NCBI GenBank assembly: GCA_002633005.1
Contig: NMRA01000073.1
Span: 582,150 to 646,149, forward strand
Reading direction: 5' to 3'
Source of the DNA: Phoronis australis
Lineage: Eukaryota > Animalia > Phoronida
Length of the DNA stretch: 64,000 nucleotides
The notes under the pieces are model-generated. The model did no database searches. It saw only the letters and a program-made list of their open reading frames with translations, and had not been told where the DNA came from. Both the position numbers and the translations under genes were made by a program. Shown here piece after piece: positions 26,251-36,639 of the stretch (position 1 is its first letter; every line of letters starts with the position of its first letter).

Positions 26251-26445
26251 GGGGTGTATGGAGGATCCAGGGAGGGGCAGTACCTCTGGTGGGGGGGGGC
26301 TTGTCGTACTCCTTCGGGGGTAGTTCGTCCACCCTTGGTCCCCACCTGTCATCAGCTCTCACCTGTGGCTCCAAGTAGCTGTAGCATGCACAGCGGCCAC
26401 ACCCCGGGACACCGCTTCGACAGGCGGGCTAAACCAGGTTGAGGG
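26251..26445 (+). ncRNA. Putative HDV-like self-cleaving ribozyme at the RTE 5' end
   Basis: P1 GGGGTGT (26251-57)/ACACCCC (26399-405); P3 GGC (26367-69)/GCC (26396-98); L3 starting TCC with P1.1 partner GG (26406-07); P4 CCGC/GCGG; G-C-TAA with the catalytic C at 26429; imperfect P2 CTCACCTG (26358-65)/CAGGTTGAG (26435-43). Confidence 0.65.
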
Positions 26446-29400
26446 TAGCCGACGGGTCTCAAACCCTCGGTGAGTTAGGGACTGCCTATTCTAGCATGTG
26501 AAGACTGGCTCGGGCAGACTGAGCGGATGAGACCCCCAGTGGTCCAACGGTCAAGACGGCGGTTCCAGCAAGCGCCGTGGAGCGCTCAGAGCACGACGAG
26601 GCACCAAAGAAGTCATGGTCATCCACTGCAGCAGGGGTAACCTCCAGCCGTAACAGTTTTCTGTGCCACTGGATCAAGGTTTCCTCAGCCGAGAGAGTGG
26701 GATTGCCCCAGTGCATCGGCTTTACCACTTTAAAAACCATCACGCACAGGTTTGTTGTGTGATTCATCATTTCTGATCTGCACCTTTCAAGTCCTGTGGC
26801 GATGGGGGAGTGGCGAAGCAACAGGTGAAGATGATCATTGGCAGTTGTAGTCACGAACCTGCACGTAGGCGGCCTTCGGACCAGTGGTCAGGGCAACAGA
26901 GAAGTCCGGCAGCATCCAGGGCGACTGGGCAGCCTCTTTAGGACAGCACTGCCCACCCTCGCACGAGGGAGGGGGTTAGAAAAGGTACCCCAAACATTGC
27001 TTGCCCCATCAAGTCTGGCCAGCTTACTGCGGCTGGCAGATCATCCACATGCGGTCGATCAACAAAGAACAAAAGAAAACTAATCTTCGGAGCATGGAAC
27101 GTCCGAACACTGATGGATAGAGACACTGCAGCCAGACCAGAAAGAAGGACTGCACTTGTAGCTAGAGAACTCCAGCGCTACCGCGTAGACATTGCAGCTC
27201 TCAGCGAGACGAGACTCGCTGATGAAGGGTCACTGAAAGAGGAGAAGGGAGGCTACAGATTCTTCTGGAAAGGGAAACCAGAGGCTGAAGACAGAATTTA
27301 TGGAGTAGGATTTGCTATCAGGTCCACCATGTTGAAGGACATCCCTACTCTTCCCACTGGTGTCAATGAGCGCCTAATGAAGCTTCGCTTCCCACTGAAC
27401 AAATCTCGCCACATCACCATCATCAGCGCCTACGCCCCAACGCTCACTAGTCCCGAAGAAGCAAAGGAACGCTTCTACGAAGACCTTGACCAGATCATCA
27501 GGACAACTCCCCCGAACGACAAGCTTGTAATCCTCGGAGACTTCAACGCCCGAGTCGGAAATGACAGCAGTAGTTGGGAAGGTGTGTTGGGACGGCACGG
27601 AGTAGGTAAACTCAACAGCAACGGCCTGCTCCTACTAAGTAAATGCGCTGAGCACAACCTGTGTATCACCAATACTATGTTCAGACTAGCAGCCAAATAC
27701 AAGACCACCTGGATGCATCCCAGATCCAAACATTGGCACATGATTGACTTTGTCATCGTTCGCCAGCGGGATATGCAGGATGTCAAGATTACCCGGGCAA
27801 TGAGGGGCGCTGAATGCTGGACAGATCACAGGCTAGTACGATCTCTTTTCAACGTGCACATCGTTTCCCCGCAGCGCAACAGGCAGAAAATCATCAGGGC
27901 ATCGTTCAACTTAGCCAGGTTAAAGCATCCTCTACACCCTCATCGGTTTCAGAATTCACTGGACGACACGCTGTCAGGCAACACACTACTTGTTGGAACC
28001 AGCACTGAGAAATGGGCGCAGTTCAAGGAGGCCGTGACAGAAACCGCAGAAACGGTACTGGGACCGAATCCCCGGGTGCACCAAGACTGGTTTGATGAAA
28101 ACGATGAAGCCATTCTACAACCCTTGATGCCAAGAAGAAAGCCTATGTAGAGTGGCAGAATGATCCATCGTCCGTCTCAAAGAAGGACAGATTCAAACAC
28201 TTACAGAGCAAAGCGCAGCTAGAACTGAGGGAAATACAAGATCAGTGGTGGCAGAGAAAGGCTGAAGAAGTTCAACAACATGCTGACTCCCACAACTCTA
28301 AGAAGTTCTTCAGTGCCCTAAAATCAGTGTATGGCCCTTCTAGAACAGGATGCTCTCCTTTGTTGTCTTCCGACGGATTGAGCCTCATCAAAGACCAGGA
28401 AGGACTAAGAGACCGCTGGGCTGAACACTTCAGCACTCTGCTAAACAGACCATCCACAGTTGACCCTTCTGCTCTAGAACAGATCCCGCAGCAACCCGAG
28501 CTTGAAGAACTGGACTTACCACCATCCATAGAGGAGATTGAGAAAGCCATATCCCAGATGAATAGTGACAGAGCCTCAGGAAAGGATGGCATCCCTGCTG
28601 AGATCTATAAGGCAGCAGGTCCAGCCACCATATCAGCCTTCCACGACATCCTGAACAGCATTTGGGAGGAAGAGGTCATGCCAGACGACTTCCGCGACGC
28701 CTTGATCGTTGCTCTCTATAAAAACAAGGGAAGCAAAGCGGACTGTGGAAACTACAGGGGCATCTCATTGCTCTCTATCGCCGGCAAGATCTTTGCTCGC
28801 ATCATTCTGAACAGACTTGTCACCGTCTAAGAGCAAAATCTACCGGAATCGCAGTGTGGCTTCCGGCCAGGACGCAGTACGGTGGACATGATCTTCGCTC
28901 TGAGGCAGGTTCAAGAGAAGTGCATTGAACAGAACATGGCCCTCAACTCAGTCTTCATAGACCTGACTAAGGCCTTCGACACTGTCAACCGAGAGGCACT
29001 GTGGACAGTCCTAAGTCGATATGGCTGCCCCCGAAAGTTTGTTAAGATGGTGCGGCTCTTCCATGATGGCATGACAGGTCAGGTCCTCGCAAGCGGCGAT
29101 ACTTCAGCCACCTTTGACATCTCAAATGGAGTGAAGCAGGGGTGTGTGCTCGCGCCTGTTCTGTTCAACCTCTTCTTCACGTGCATGTTGACCAAAGCTA
29201 TGCAAGGACTAGAGGAGGGTGTGTTCATCAAATATCGCCTCGACGGCTCCCTCTTCGATCTAAGGCGCCTTAGTGCAAAGACAAAGTGCCTGGAAAAACT
29301 AATCCAGGACGCCCTTTTTGCGGATGATTGTGCGCTCCTTTCCCACAAATAGAATGACCTACAACTCATGCTGGACAGCTTCTCGAATGCTTGCAAAGCA

Positions 29401-29958
29401 TTCGGCTTGACCATAAGCCTCGGCAAGACAGAAGTGCTTCCTCAACCTGCACCCAACACCAATGCCCCGGAGCCTGTCATTACCATCGACAACAAGCAAC
29501 TCCTCAATGTGGAGCACTTCAAATACCTGGGGAGCGTCATCTCAAAAGATGGCAGCTTAGACAAAGAGATTGCTTCCAGGATAAGCAAGGCGAGCCAAGC
29601 ACTCGGAAGACTGAGAACACGGGTGCTCAACGAACACAACATCCGCCTGTCTACTAAACTGAAGGTGTATTCTTCAGAGGTCCTGACCTCTCTACTCTAT
29701 GGCTACGAGTCATGGACCCTCTACCGCAGGCACATCAAGAAGCTTGAGAGCTCCCACATGCATTCTCTTCGCTCCATCCTAGGAATCCGATGGCAGGACC
29801 GAATCACCAACCTTGAGGTCCTAGAACGTGCCCAGTCAACCAGCATTGAAGCGATGCTACTCAAGGCCCAACTGCAACGGATGGGGCACGTCATCAGGAT
29901 GGAGGACTACAGAATGCCTCGCCAGCTTTTGTATGGCGAGCTGAAGACTGGGAGAAGG
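26251..29958 (+). mobile_element. RTE-clade non-LTR retrotransposon (5'UTR, APE, RT), mildly disabled
   Basis: APE: GAWNVRTL, IAALSETRL, SAYAPT, LGDFNARVG, IDFVIVR, TDHRLV. RT: NYRGISLLSIAGK, FIDLTKAFDTVNR, GVKQGCVLAP, LFADDCAL, FKYLGS. Frameshift at ~28120-28150; stops at 28828 and 29350. Confidence 0.96.
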
Positions 29959-30835
29959 NGTATTTACCATTTGAAGACAGAATTTCTACTTCTCAATCTT
30001 TCTGGGAGTTAGTCTTTTTTTAGAAAGCTTTCACCCTTAACACTTTGAATATCAGTGTCTTAACTCTCAGTCACTTGAACTCATTCAATATTCTTGTGCC
30101 ACATTATGCCTAACAAGTTCCATGGCTGCTTAAAAATAGGTTCATGGGGTGCACGTCTTTGTAAAATTCACACGTTAAGCAACTAAAACAGATCCATTCC
30201 TCCTGTCCTCACTGCAGTTTTCTGTCGTTCAAAATGTTACATCTTGCACATTTTATTTTATGTTAAAATTTAATATTTCTCGGCAAACTACACTGAAAGT
30301 TTTCTCTGACAACAAATCTTGATCACAAAAAGTAGTCCTCATTGATAAAATCAATTACTTGTATAATTCATGTTAAATTACCTGCTTTTACTGAAAACGT
30401 TGACATTGTGTTGTGTACCGCTGTAGTAAAAATTCTTGTTTGGAGCAGTCTCTAAAATGTGATCTTTGAAATTCAAGCAAAACTTGAATTTTCAGGGACT
30501 GCCCCAAACTTGAATTTTCTTAATTCTGAATATTGGGGAACTGTGGATTTTGGCGTTCATCATATTTCTCATATTTTGGACTCTGTAACTTTACAGATCA
30601 TAACATGGCATCGAGGTGATTGGTCATTTTTCATTGATAGTAATTCTAGAATTTTGTGCAACTTGTATTGCCTATAATTTCTAAAATTTGGCTTAAGTTC
30701 TGAACTTGAGCATAAAAATTGATTTTTCATTGTCACAAACTTCAGAGTTTTTACCATGCACTTTATGACATTTTCAACTAAATACTCCGTACTTGGTCTA
30801 GATAGATGTTTACTTCTATTAACATTATCTTTCAG

Positions 30836-30947
30836 GAGTAGCAAAGAGCTTTTACTGACTCCTGTTGTCATCAGTCGAAATGAACGTGAGAGGGTGTTAA
30901 TCGAAAGTTCAGTCAACTCTGTTCGCATCAGTATAGGTGTTAAACAG
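30836..30947 (+). CDS. ARPC4: ARPC4 (Arp2/3 complex subunit 4) internal exon
   Basis: TTTCAG|G...AAACAG|GTAATT, 112 bp, encoding [37 protein letters not shown], which closely resembles ARPC4 [37 protein letters not shown]. Confidence 0.93.
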
Positions 30948-31779
30948 GTAATTAAAAGGGATTATTGATCTAAAAGGCAACAATGCAGTTGAGTAGAGGG
31001 CACCTTAAGAGAAATACCTGGACTGACGAGCTTGATTGCGTTATGTTTCTCCTCGTGATTCCAAGTTCCTGGATGAAAAATTGTAGTGTCTAGATTTCCC
31101 CACGTTTGACGTTGTCACTGAAAATTTCTTAAAAATGTGTTGGTTATTTCGATTCGTGTTACAATGTTTCCTATGACTTTGCTGAAACATTGGTTAAAAC
31201 TAAGTTCGCCAACTATACCTCCAGGTAGTACATTATATATATAACAGGCTTAGAACATATGGAGTGGAACATCGTAAAAGAGTGAACATTATAAACCAGA
31301 CATGTTACACAGTTTGGCTTTGAAACCATTGAAATTAGAAACACTGTTACAAGGCTTGAGGTATTGTGGGCATCAAATTGCACCAGAAATAGGGACGGAA
31401 AGCGGTTACGTCACACCCCTAACAACTAATCTTAACTGGAAAAACAATATCATAGTGGGCTATTAATTTACGCTTACTAATTAAGTTATTCAACCCAACA
31501 ATTTCAGCAAAGTATCCAAGTCACCATACAGATTAATCTATTTGCCTTATGTTTACTAAAACAGTGTTTAACTGGTGATTTTCCGGTTTTCACCTTATGT
31601 AATTTGCCAAAGAAAAGTGTTAAGGGTGAGAACCAAGATGGTGCAATCTCTTAGACTACCCCAGTATTCTGACATCACTCTCCATCTGTATTTAGCTTAC
31701 AATACGGCAGACAAGTGAAATTTCATTTCGTCAAATTTTGCAACAAAAATAAAGATTGCAAAAATTTTAGTGAGTGTTA

Positions 31780-32117
31780 AGCTTGTTAGTACAGTGAAGG
31801 TGTCATAAAACAACAGTGTTTAGCTTGTTAGTATTGTATACATGTCATAAAACAACTTAGCTTGTTACTACTGTGTAGGTGTCTTAAAACAACTGTGTTT
31901 AGCTTGTTAGTACTGTGTGTCATAAAACATCAGTGTTTAGCTTGTTAGTACTGTGTGTCATAAAACAACAGTGTTTAGCTTGTTAGTACTGTGTAGGTGT
32001 CATAAAACAACTGTGTTTAGCTTGTTAGTACTGTGTGTCATAAAATATCAGTGTTTAGCTTGTTAGTATTGTGTGTCATAAAACAGTAGTGTTTAGCTTG
32101 TTAGTACTGTGTGTCAT
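31780..32117 (+). repeat. Minisatellite, ~38-42 bp unit GTGTCATAAAACAACAGTGTTTAGCTTGTTAGTACTGT
   Basis: About 8 visible copies. Confidence 0.9.
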
Positions 32118-32528
32118 CAGGATGGAGGACTACAGAATGCCTCGCCAGCTTTTGTATGGCGAGCTGAAGACTGGGAGAAGGAAGCAAGGACGCCCTCGCC
32201 TTCGTTACAAAGACACTGTCAAAGCCAACGTGAAGTGATGCAACATCAAACCCAAGGAGCTGAAAGCTGTTGCAGGAGAGAGACCAAAGTGGCCTCGGTG
32301 CTAAGCTTTTCGTTCTGCCAGTTTTGAGGATGACCGCTGTAAGAGACTCGAAGCTGCTCGAGAGAAACGTCACTCAGCAGCATCCACCACTGTTACCACG
32401 ACGGAGTTCCAATGCCCCACCTGTTCTCGACTCTGCGCGTCAAGACTGGGACTGCAGAGCCATTTTCGTGTACATAGACGATGAGACACACAACCTACGT
32501 CATCTTCGGACCCGAAGGACTACCAACA
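32113..32528 (+). mobile_element. RTE 3' end with C2H2 zinc finger
   Basis: Continues RMEDYRMPRQLLYGELKTGRRKQGRPRLRYKD...CPTCSRLCASRLGLQSHFRVH; the first 69 bp are identical to 29890-29958. Confidence 0.92.
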
Positions 32529-32529
32529 G

Positions 32530-32925
32530 AGATATTATGTCTACCGATAAAGTTAATAGGTCTATTGAAAGAGATGGTAAGTCTATCGATAGAGTTAATA
32601 ATTCTATCGACAGCGTTAATTAGTCTATCGATAGAGTAAATGATAAATAAGTCTATCGATAGAGTTAGTAAGTCTATCGACAGAGATACTAAGTCTATCG
32701 ATAGAGATAATAAGTCTATCGATAGAGTTAAGAAGTCTATCGATAGAGATAATAAGTCTATCGATAGAGTTAAGAAGTCTATCGATAGAGTTAATAAGTC
32801 TATCAATAGAGTTAGTAGCTCTTTCGCTAGAGTTAATAAGTCTATCCTTGGAAGGTATAGTAAGTCTACCGATAGAGATAATAAGTTTATCGCTAGAATG
32901 AATAAGTCTATCGATAGAGTTAGCA
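32530..32925 (-). repeat. 21-bp array, outer part of the right arm
   Basis: Same unit and orientation as 26038-26250; starts right after the RTE 3' end. Confidence 0.92.
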
Positions 32926-34470
32926 ACGGAAAAAAGTTACCATGTCGTCCTTTTACAGCCACCAAAGCAGCTCTGTTTATCACAAAGTAACAGAATACAA
33001 TTCGGCTACAGGCTGTTCAGTGTATAATATAGATGGATTAATCTCTGCCATGTCTGCATTTCGTGATCCCTTCTCAATAACTTTTGGAACTAACGGGTTG
33101 GCATACGTATGAATTGGATATTTTTGATTTCGTTTTGAAAGAATATTTACACATTGCCCACCTAACGGATTGCCTTTTCTAATAAAGTATTTTTGCTTTT
33201 CCAGTTACAATCTGTTTTCTATATGATTTTTGGCCTTAGTTGAAAAAATTATTTACAATTGTACGTTTAAAGTAAACAAACATTAGGTAACCCTTTTAGA
33301 GTCAAACTTAATTTTCATAATTCTGATGGTGTGTTACCTTTCAAAGATGGCTATTCTATGCACATGTCCATTTTACGTTTCTTTTTTCCGTTGTCATAAC
33401 ATAACTGAACGTTAGTTTTGCCAATTTCACGACTGCACCGCAGTTGGAATTGTCATTGGAAATAGGGATATATTTCCACCCCCGTATCTTAGTAAAGAAA
33501 ACAACATGAGGAAAATATTCTCTGGGTAACACTTGTTCCCGGGGTCATCATGTTAATGATCCAATTTCAATTGGTTGACATGTGCTTCGTTCCTGAAAAT
33601 AACCCTATTGCGTGATTTTCTCAGACACCATCTCTTAAGTCTACAGATAATCAAATAATTCAAACCTTGTTAAAGGTTCTTGTCTTGTAATACACATAAT
33701 TATTCACAGACCTCAGTTTTACTCCATTTTCAGCACTCGTAAGCTTCACATTGTCTAGAACGTGCAGTTCATAAAATCTTGAAGACAACGGCTTCCACGT
33801 CCTGACCTTCTCCTTTATTACTTTAACCGGTTTGCCAGGCAACACCATCTCAAGAGCCAGCTTCGATACTTGAAAACAGAATTTTAAATCGACTTGACAA
33901 GTACTCACGTATCAGCCAATACACGTCAAGCTCTTAAATAGAATTGAAGGATCAACGGGGCGCTTCTCACAAAACGCATTATAATGGAAATAAAGTAGCA
34001 GAATATAAGGAAAACACTTGTTCACTGTGTTAGCCCTAAACGACTTAAATTCCGTTGACATCTTTAGGGAACCGTAAACGGTCTTACCAGTTGTATTTCA
34101 CATATTTTTACCTTTTTCTAACACCGACGAATCAATCTGTCATCTTGTAATCTCAATTTTTGTCCTAATGAGGTCATGTTGTGACCCTAATGCTAGCCAA
34201 TCAGCCACGCGAATGCTTTAGTTCACGAGTTTAATACTAGGTAAAAATGAAAAGGGCGAGTGGTAAGCGACTAGTAAAAAGACGAACATTCGAGGGCTTG
34301 ATTGGCGTGCAGTTATATTTGCCGTATTATTTCAATAGATAAATTTGTTCAAGCCATCGTTATTTCGACGTGTGCACGTTAGTATTTGACACTCACTGGA
34401 GTTTGATATGTATGACACTAAATTCTCCGCTCCCAATGCACGGACTACCAACCCTGTTTAAAGATGAAAN

Positions 34471-34628
34471 GTACTCTACCTCGAGTAAGCGTGAAATGCT
34501 GCCTGTGTACTCTACCTCGAGTAAGCGTGAAATACTGCCTGTGTACTCTACCTCAAGTAAGCGTGAAATACTGCCTGTGTACTCTACCTCGAGTAAGCAT
34601 GAAATACTGCCTGTGTACTCTACCTCGA
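34471..34628 (+). repeat. 36-bp tandem repeat
   Basis: GTACTCTACCTCGAGTAAGCGTGAAATACTGCCTGT x ~4.4, starting at the N join at 34470. Confidence 0.92.
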
Positions 34629-35216
34629 ACACAGTACAATTCAGATTTGTAAACTCATTTTCTTTCAAGAGTCGAATCATTTTTTCTTCTTCACAAAATC
34701 AAAACCAAACAAAACTAACCGTTGAAGTGTCTTGACTTAATGCGGACACTGTGAACTGGGGATATGTTCATGCAATCTCATTTTAAGGGTGCAGTGAACT
34801 CGTGCCTTCTGTCAAAAGTAAGTTTTGATTAACGTCACTGCAGTAAAACCATATGTTGTTCATTACTTAAATATGTTGAATGTGATTTCTAGACTTGAGG
34901 TGAACTGGAAGGTAGTTCAGTTGCTTGTCACGGTGGGTTTGTTTTGCAAAGGCAGCTTGGCCATCAGGGGAATTACAGGCAATTTATAGTATTAAACAAT
35001 TTCAATCCAAACTGAGGATTAGAAAGCTATGGCGTTGCATTAGAAGTGAACTGTTATAGGTAATCAACTTGTAGAAATAATGTACTGTTATTGTAAAGAA
35101 CACTTCACGACTGATCTCGGGACAGGTGATTTTTAATTTTCCAATCAGCTAAACAAGTGCAGTTTTAAAGAATTTGTGTCAAAATATTGTTCTTTAATGT
35201 ATTCATCTGTTGCCAG

Positions 35217-35393
35217 GGCTACGACATAAGTTTCCTAGTGACCAACTTCCACACAGAGGCCATGTACAAACACAAGCTGGTCGACTTTGTCATCACTTTC
35301 ATGGAGGAGATTGACAAGGAGTTGAGTGAGATGAAGCTGGCCTTGAATTCACGGGCCCGCATATCGGCGGAGGAGTTCCTGAAGCGTTTCTGA
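35217..35393 (+). CDS. ARPC4: ARPC4 terminal coding exon
   Basis: TGCCAG|GGC acceptor; encodes [58 protein letters not shown], the ARPC4 C-terminus. Confidence 0.95.
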   Translation, partial: GYDISFLVTNFHTEAMYKHKLVDFVITFMEEIDKELSEMKLALNSRARISAEEFLKRF

Positions 35394-36633
35394 TCTAGGT
35401 ACGGTATGATGGTGGATAAGTAAACACTCAACAGTGAACACACTAGACCAGATCATGTTTAGTAATACCTGTGCTGTGCAAAGCGTGGTAACAGCAAAGC
35501 AAAGTTTTCGATATTTCAAACAAAATTCAAGTTTTCGCCTTATTATGTCCCAGGCTGATGAATGGTTACCAACATAGTGAAGCCCAATGCACAGAAAATA
35601 GGGTGAAAATCCTACAAGTGTTACTACGACTACATGATATGCGGTGGTTTTCAAAATCGCTTTCGTGATGTTGCGGCTACAACATTTTTGGTTTACCAGA
35701 GATGGAGAAGATACGATGAAAATGAGGCTCGTTAACACATGGCACAAACCCATGGTTGTTGATCACGAGAAAATGAGCTGCAGTAAGATAACTCGTGTCA
35801 AACAGTACATTTGAGAATCACCAGTGATGCTATTATTTGTACTTTTACATAACACTCTTCAACCAACGAAAGCTCGTTTCTAGACAACTACGAATTGACA
35901 GTGTTCAGTAATCTTAGCCAATATATTGATGAATACAGCTGTCGGTTCAAAACCAGGGTTATTTTCTGGTATGAAAACAGTGATTTTATTCGACTTTGAG
36001 CATTGTTCAACATGGCACGGTGCAATCGTTTTGAATGGTTCTCTTTTATTTACAGGCTGCACAGTACAAAGCTTCCAAGGAGGCCAGGTTTATACCCATA
36101 CATTTTTTCACTCAGTGTACAGTTGAATATTAACGACTACCAGATGTACAGAGCCGTATTCATTCCACGCTAATTCAGTGCGATCAGACTGAAATCATGA
36201 GTGCATTAGAGTTGATTCCTAGATATGCTTCGCTAACGCATTTTGTAGAAGTCCGCAGTGCCAAATAATTAGCACTTGCGTTTGGGCATAGGCAATGCCA
36301 CTGGGTATCAATTTTTTATGACCAACTAGTTAATTTGAAGCTCTTAAAACTTTTTGCTTTCATGTATAGCCAAATCTTTTACTTCACAAACTGATGCAAA
36401 CTGTTGTTTATTCTAACACCTGTTCACTTTCGTTCTCAAAAAGAATTATTACCAATTATTATTAATAACTTGATTGAAGACAATGCAGAGAAGTGACCAG
36501 AGCTGTCACTAAGATGACCCACTGTTTGCTACATGACGTCACACCACGACAAATACAGTTTCACTTATTTATCCATTTTAGATATAATGCTATTGTTTCA
36601 TACTACTTGTATAAACTCAGCTATTTCGTGTTA

Positions 36634-36639
36634 AATAAA
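36634..36639 (+). terminator. Candidate polyadenylation signal of ARPC4
   Basis: AATAAA about 1.25 kb after the stop codon, followed by T/GT-rich sequence. Confidence 0.35.

Larger units (their letters stand above)
23791..32963. mobile_element. IS3EU-like DNA transposon with long repeat-array inverted arms
   Basis: Left end CACGGTGGCTGTAAAAGGAC...CTTTTTTCC is the reverse complement of right end GGAAAAAAG...GTCCTTTTACAGCCACC; 21-bp arrays run in opposite orientation on the two sides; transposase remnant at 25664-25930. Confidence 0.7.

Noticed and set aside
33660-34140. Possible Crypton (tyrosine recombinase) remnant
   Set aside because: Resemblance is too weak to support by eye; no catalytic motifs seen.
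34370-34735. Repetitive ORFs (YSTSSKREILPV)n
   Set aside because: A 36-bp tandem repeat adjacent to an N join.
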